64,000 nucleotides of DNA, taken from contig CBDHDG010000004.1 in the NCBI GenBank assembly GCA_965261595.1, positions 64,001 to 128,000 of the forward strand. The letters run 5' to 3'. Below are positions 61,525-64,000 of the stretch, in pieces (the stretch's first letter is position 1; each line of letters starts with the position of its first letter). This stretch comes from a bacterium. GTDB lineage: Bacteria; UBA8248; JACPRG01; G963555815. The translations under genes were made by a program, and so were the position numbers. Under the pieces are notes generated by a model. That model was not told where the DNA came from, searched no databases, and saw nothing but the letters and a program-made list of their open reading frames with translations.

Positions 61525-62673
61525 TTGATCGCGACCATCGTTATTGCCATCTTGATTTTGGGCGTTCTGGTCTTGGTCCACGAGCTGGGCCATTTCCTGG
61601 CCGCCAAGCAGTTCGGCATCGGTGTCGAGAAATTCTCCCTGGGATTCGGCCGGAAGCTCATCGGCATAAAGCGCGGCGAAACCGAGTACATGATTTCTCT
61701 CATTCCGTTGGGCGGGTACGTCAAGCTCATGGGTCAGGAAGTGAGCGACTTTCCCGTGAAGAAGCAAGATGGGGATGACGGCGGAGAGACCGACGATGGG
61801 GAGCTCCTTGAGCCGGAGGTTCCGCCCGAGAAGTCCTTCTCCCTTCGCCCCGTCTACCAGCGGCTGTGGGTGGTTCTCGCGGGTCCGGTCTTCAACCTGA
61901 TATTCGCCGTCCTGGTCTTTTGGGGGGTCAGCCTGGCCGGGACGCCGTTTATCGCCCCGTCCATCGCGAAAGTTTTTCCCGGCAAGCCCGCGCATCTCGC
62001 GGGCATGAAGACCGGCGATGAAGTCCTCGCCATCAATGGAAAGCGCGTCAAGCGGTGGGACGATCTCGTGAAGGCCGTGCGCGAATACGGAGAAGGGGCT
62101 CTGGTTTTCAGGATTCGCCGAGGCGACCGGGAGCTGAATCTGAGCATCCGTCCGGAGGTGGTGTCCGGGCGGGGCCTGACGGGAAAGCCTTTTAAACGGA
62201 AAATGATCGGTGTTCAGACCGAGGGCGTCCTCCGGCTCGGCGATTATCCCGAGGGGAAGTCTCCGGACCCCATCACAGCCATGGGCCGGGCGCTGGGGCA
62301 TGTATGGGGGATCATTGCCCAGACCGGACAGGCCGTAGGCTTGATCGTGCGCGGCGTCGTGCCCGTGCGGGAGGCCCTCGGCGGCCCCATCATGATCGGG
62401 GAGCGGGCCGGCTGGCACTGCCAGGCGGGGGGAGTGAACTGCCTCTTTTTCGCCTCTTTCCTGAGCATCAACCTGGCGATCCTCAATCTTCTACCCATCC
62501 CCGTACTGGACGGGGGACACATTTTCTTCTACCTTATAGAGGGGGTCCGGCGGAAGCCGTTGAATCTGAGAACCCGAGAGATCGCTCAACAGGTGGGGTT
62601 CTTCTTTATCATCCTGCTGATGGCCTTCGCTTTTTACAACGACATCATGCGCTTCATGGCGCCCACACCGTGA
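61525..62673 (+). CDS. rseP: RIP metalloprotease RseP (S2P/M50 with PDZ)
   Basis: HELGH, IPLGGYV, AGP.FN, PDZ, NLLPIPVLDGG. Confidence 0.93.
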   Translation: MIATIVIAILILGVLVLVHELGHFLAAKQFGIGVEKFSLGFGRKLIGIKRGETEYMISLIPLGGYVKLMGQEVSDFPVKKQDGDDGGETDDGELLEPEVPPEKSFSLRPVYQRLWVVLAGPVFNLIFAVLVFWGVSLAGTPFIAPSIAKVFPGKPAHLAGMKTGDEVLAINGKRVKRWDDLVKAVREYGEGALVFRIRRGDRELNLSIRPEVVSGRGLTGKPFKRKMIGVQTEGVLRLGDYPEGKSPDPITAMGRALGHVWGIIAQTGQAVGLIVRGVVPVREALGGPIMIGERAGWHCQAGGVNCLFFASFLSINLAILNLLPIPVLDGGHIFFYLIEGVRRKPLNLRTREIAQQVGFFFIILLMAFAFYNDIMRFMAPTP

Positions 62674-62680
62674 GGACGTT

Positions 62681-63868
62681 GTGACGGGGATTATGGAAAA
62701 AAGTCGCACGACCAAACCGATCTTCGTGGGGAGCGTCCAGGTGGGCGGCGGCGCCCCGGTGATCGTGCAGTCCATGTGCGACACGGACACGCGTGACACC
62801 CTGGGCACCATGCGCCAGATCAACGCCCTGGAGGAGGTCGGCTGCGAGATGGCCCGCGTTGCCGTTCCGGACCTGGACGCGGCCCGGTGCATCCGGACCC
62901 TGAAGGCGGGGACCGGCATCCCGCTCATCGCGGACATACACTTCGATTACCGCTTGGCCCTTGAAGCCCTGAAGGGGGGGATCGATTGCCTTCGGATCAA
63001 CCCGGGCAACATCCGTGCCATGGGAGGAGGGGAGCACAAGGTCGAGGAGCTGGCCCGGGCCTGCAATGACCTGGGGACGCCCATCCGGGTCGGCGTCAAC
63101 GCCGGCTCGTTGGAAGTCGAGCTCGTGGACAAGTACGGCGGTCCGACGGCCGAGGCGATGGTGGAGAGCGCGCTGCGCCACGTCGAGCTATTGGAAAGAT
63201 ACAACTTCGACATGATCAAGATCTCCCTGAAGGCGTCCGACGTTTGGCGAACTGTCGAGGCGTACCGGCTCATCGCCGCCAAGGTGGATTATCCCCTTCA
63301 CCTGGGCGTGACCGAGGCGGGCGCCCACGTCACGGGGGCGATCAAAACCACCGCCGCCTTCACGATCCTTTTGACCGAGGGAATCGGCGACACCCTTCGC
63401 GTTTCGCTGGCCGCCAGCCCCCTGGAGGAGGTCAAGGTCGGCTACGAGATCCTCAAATCGCTCGAGCTGCGCCATCACGGCGTCAACGTTGTGGCGTGTC
63501 CCACCTGCGGGCGGATTCAGATTGACGTGGAGGACCTCGCCAACCGGCTGGAGAAGGGCCTGGCCCACATCAAGTTCCCCATTAGCGTGGCGGTGATGGG
63601 GTGCGAGGTGAACGGCCCCGGAGAAGCCAAGGACGCGGATATCGGCATCGCCGGAGGCAAGGGCGAGGGGATGATCTTCAAGAGGGGAAAAAAGTTTCGT
63701 AAAGTCAAAGAGGCCGATTTCTACGACGTGGTTGTCGAAGAAGTCGAGCAGATGGCCGCTGAAGGCCAACTCGCCGCCCAGCAGGAGTCAGGGGAAACGG
63801 ATGAAGCGCCTCCGTGGGAGCCTCCGCTCCCCGAGGGGATTAAAGTCCGGCTTCCCGTTGTTCCGTAG
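62681..63868 (+). CDS. ispG: 4-hydroxy-3-methylbut-2-en-1-yl diphosphate synthase (flavodoxin)
   Basis: VQSM, ADIHF, RINPGNI, HLGVTEAG, GIGDTLRVS, CPTCGR, MGCEVNGPGE. Confidence 0.96.
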   Translation: MTGIMEKSRTTKPIFVGSVQVGGGAPVIVQSMCDTDTRDTLGTMRQINALEEVGCEMARVAVPDLDAARCIRTLKAGTGIPLIADIHFDYRLALEALKGGIDCLRINPGNIRAMGGGEHKVEELARACNDLGTPIRVGVNAGSLEVELVDKYGGPTAEAMVESALRHVELLERYNFDMIKISLKASDVWRTVEAYRLIAAKVDYPLHLGVTEAGAHVTGAIKTTAAFTILLTEGIGDTLRVSLAASPLEEVKVGYEILKSLELRHHGVNVVACPTCGRIQIDVEDLANRLEKGLAHIKFPISVAVMGCEVNGPGEAKDADIGIAGGKGEGMIFKRGKKFRKVKEADFYDVVVEEVEQMAAEGQLAAQQESGETDEAPPWEPPLPEGIKVRLPVVP

Positions 63869-64000
63869 ACCGTCGGCGAAGCGCGTATGCGCTTCATGTC
63901 TCGAATGCATTCCGTAGACCACCTCCAATCCGTTGACGGGCCGCTCTCTCAGGTCCCCTTTCACGAAAGCGGTGTAACCGGGAGCTGATGTTCCCGCCGG

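Overview
GC-rich chromosomal window from a diderm bacterium; gene order resembles Deltaproteobacteria/Nitrospinota-type lineages (inference only). Most of it is housekeeping: hsp20-lon, miaB-DUF151-vanZ-hemB-thiolase, an RND pump pair, crotonase-meaB, ppdK, ribD-ribE-ribBA-ribH-nusB-leuS-lptE-holA, rpsT, murJ-xerD, phoH-7TM/HD-ybeY-HIT-lapA-mutS, purMN and rhomboid-lolA-rseP-ispG. The most striking feature is an NtrY-like sensor kinase followed by a single 730-aa ORF fusing an NtrX-like receiver/degenerate AAA+/HTH module to a catalytically intact LpxC. This suggests direct two-component control of the committed step of lipid A synthesis. There are two decaying accessory regions. The first (19.9-23.6 kb) holds a YfhO-like/GT2 chimera and a carbamoyltransferase pseudogene. 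The second (53.1-60 kb) encodes mostly secreted proteins: an L,D-transpeptidase-family gene frameshifted at its active site, a G13-tract-split gene, and an IS3-interrupted PASTA protein with a T3SS-needle-like C-terminal helix. Also present are an amber-inactivated higB with intact higA, GTAG-type REP elements, a 72-bp direct repeat, a dif-like/palindromic AT island after xerD, and a cloverleaf-like intergenic structure. No rRNA, canonical tRNA or CRISPR array was recognised. All assignments are by eye from motifs; some frameshifts could be assembly errors.
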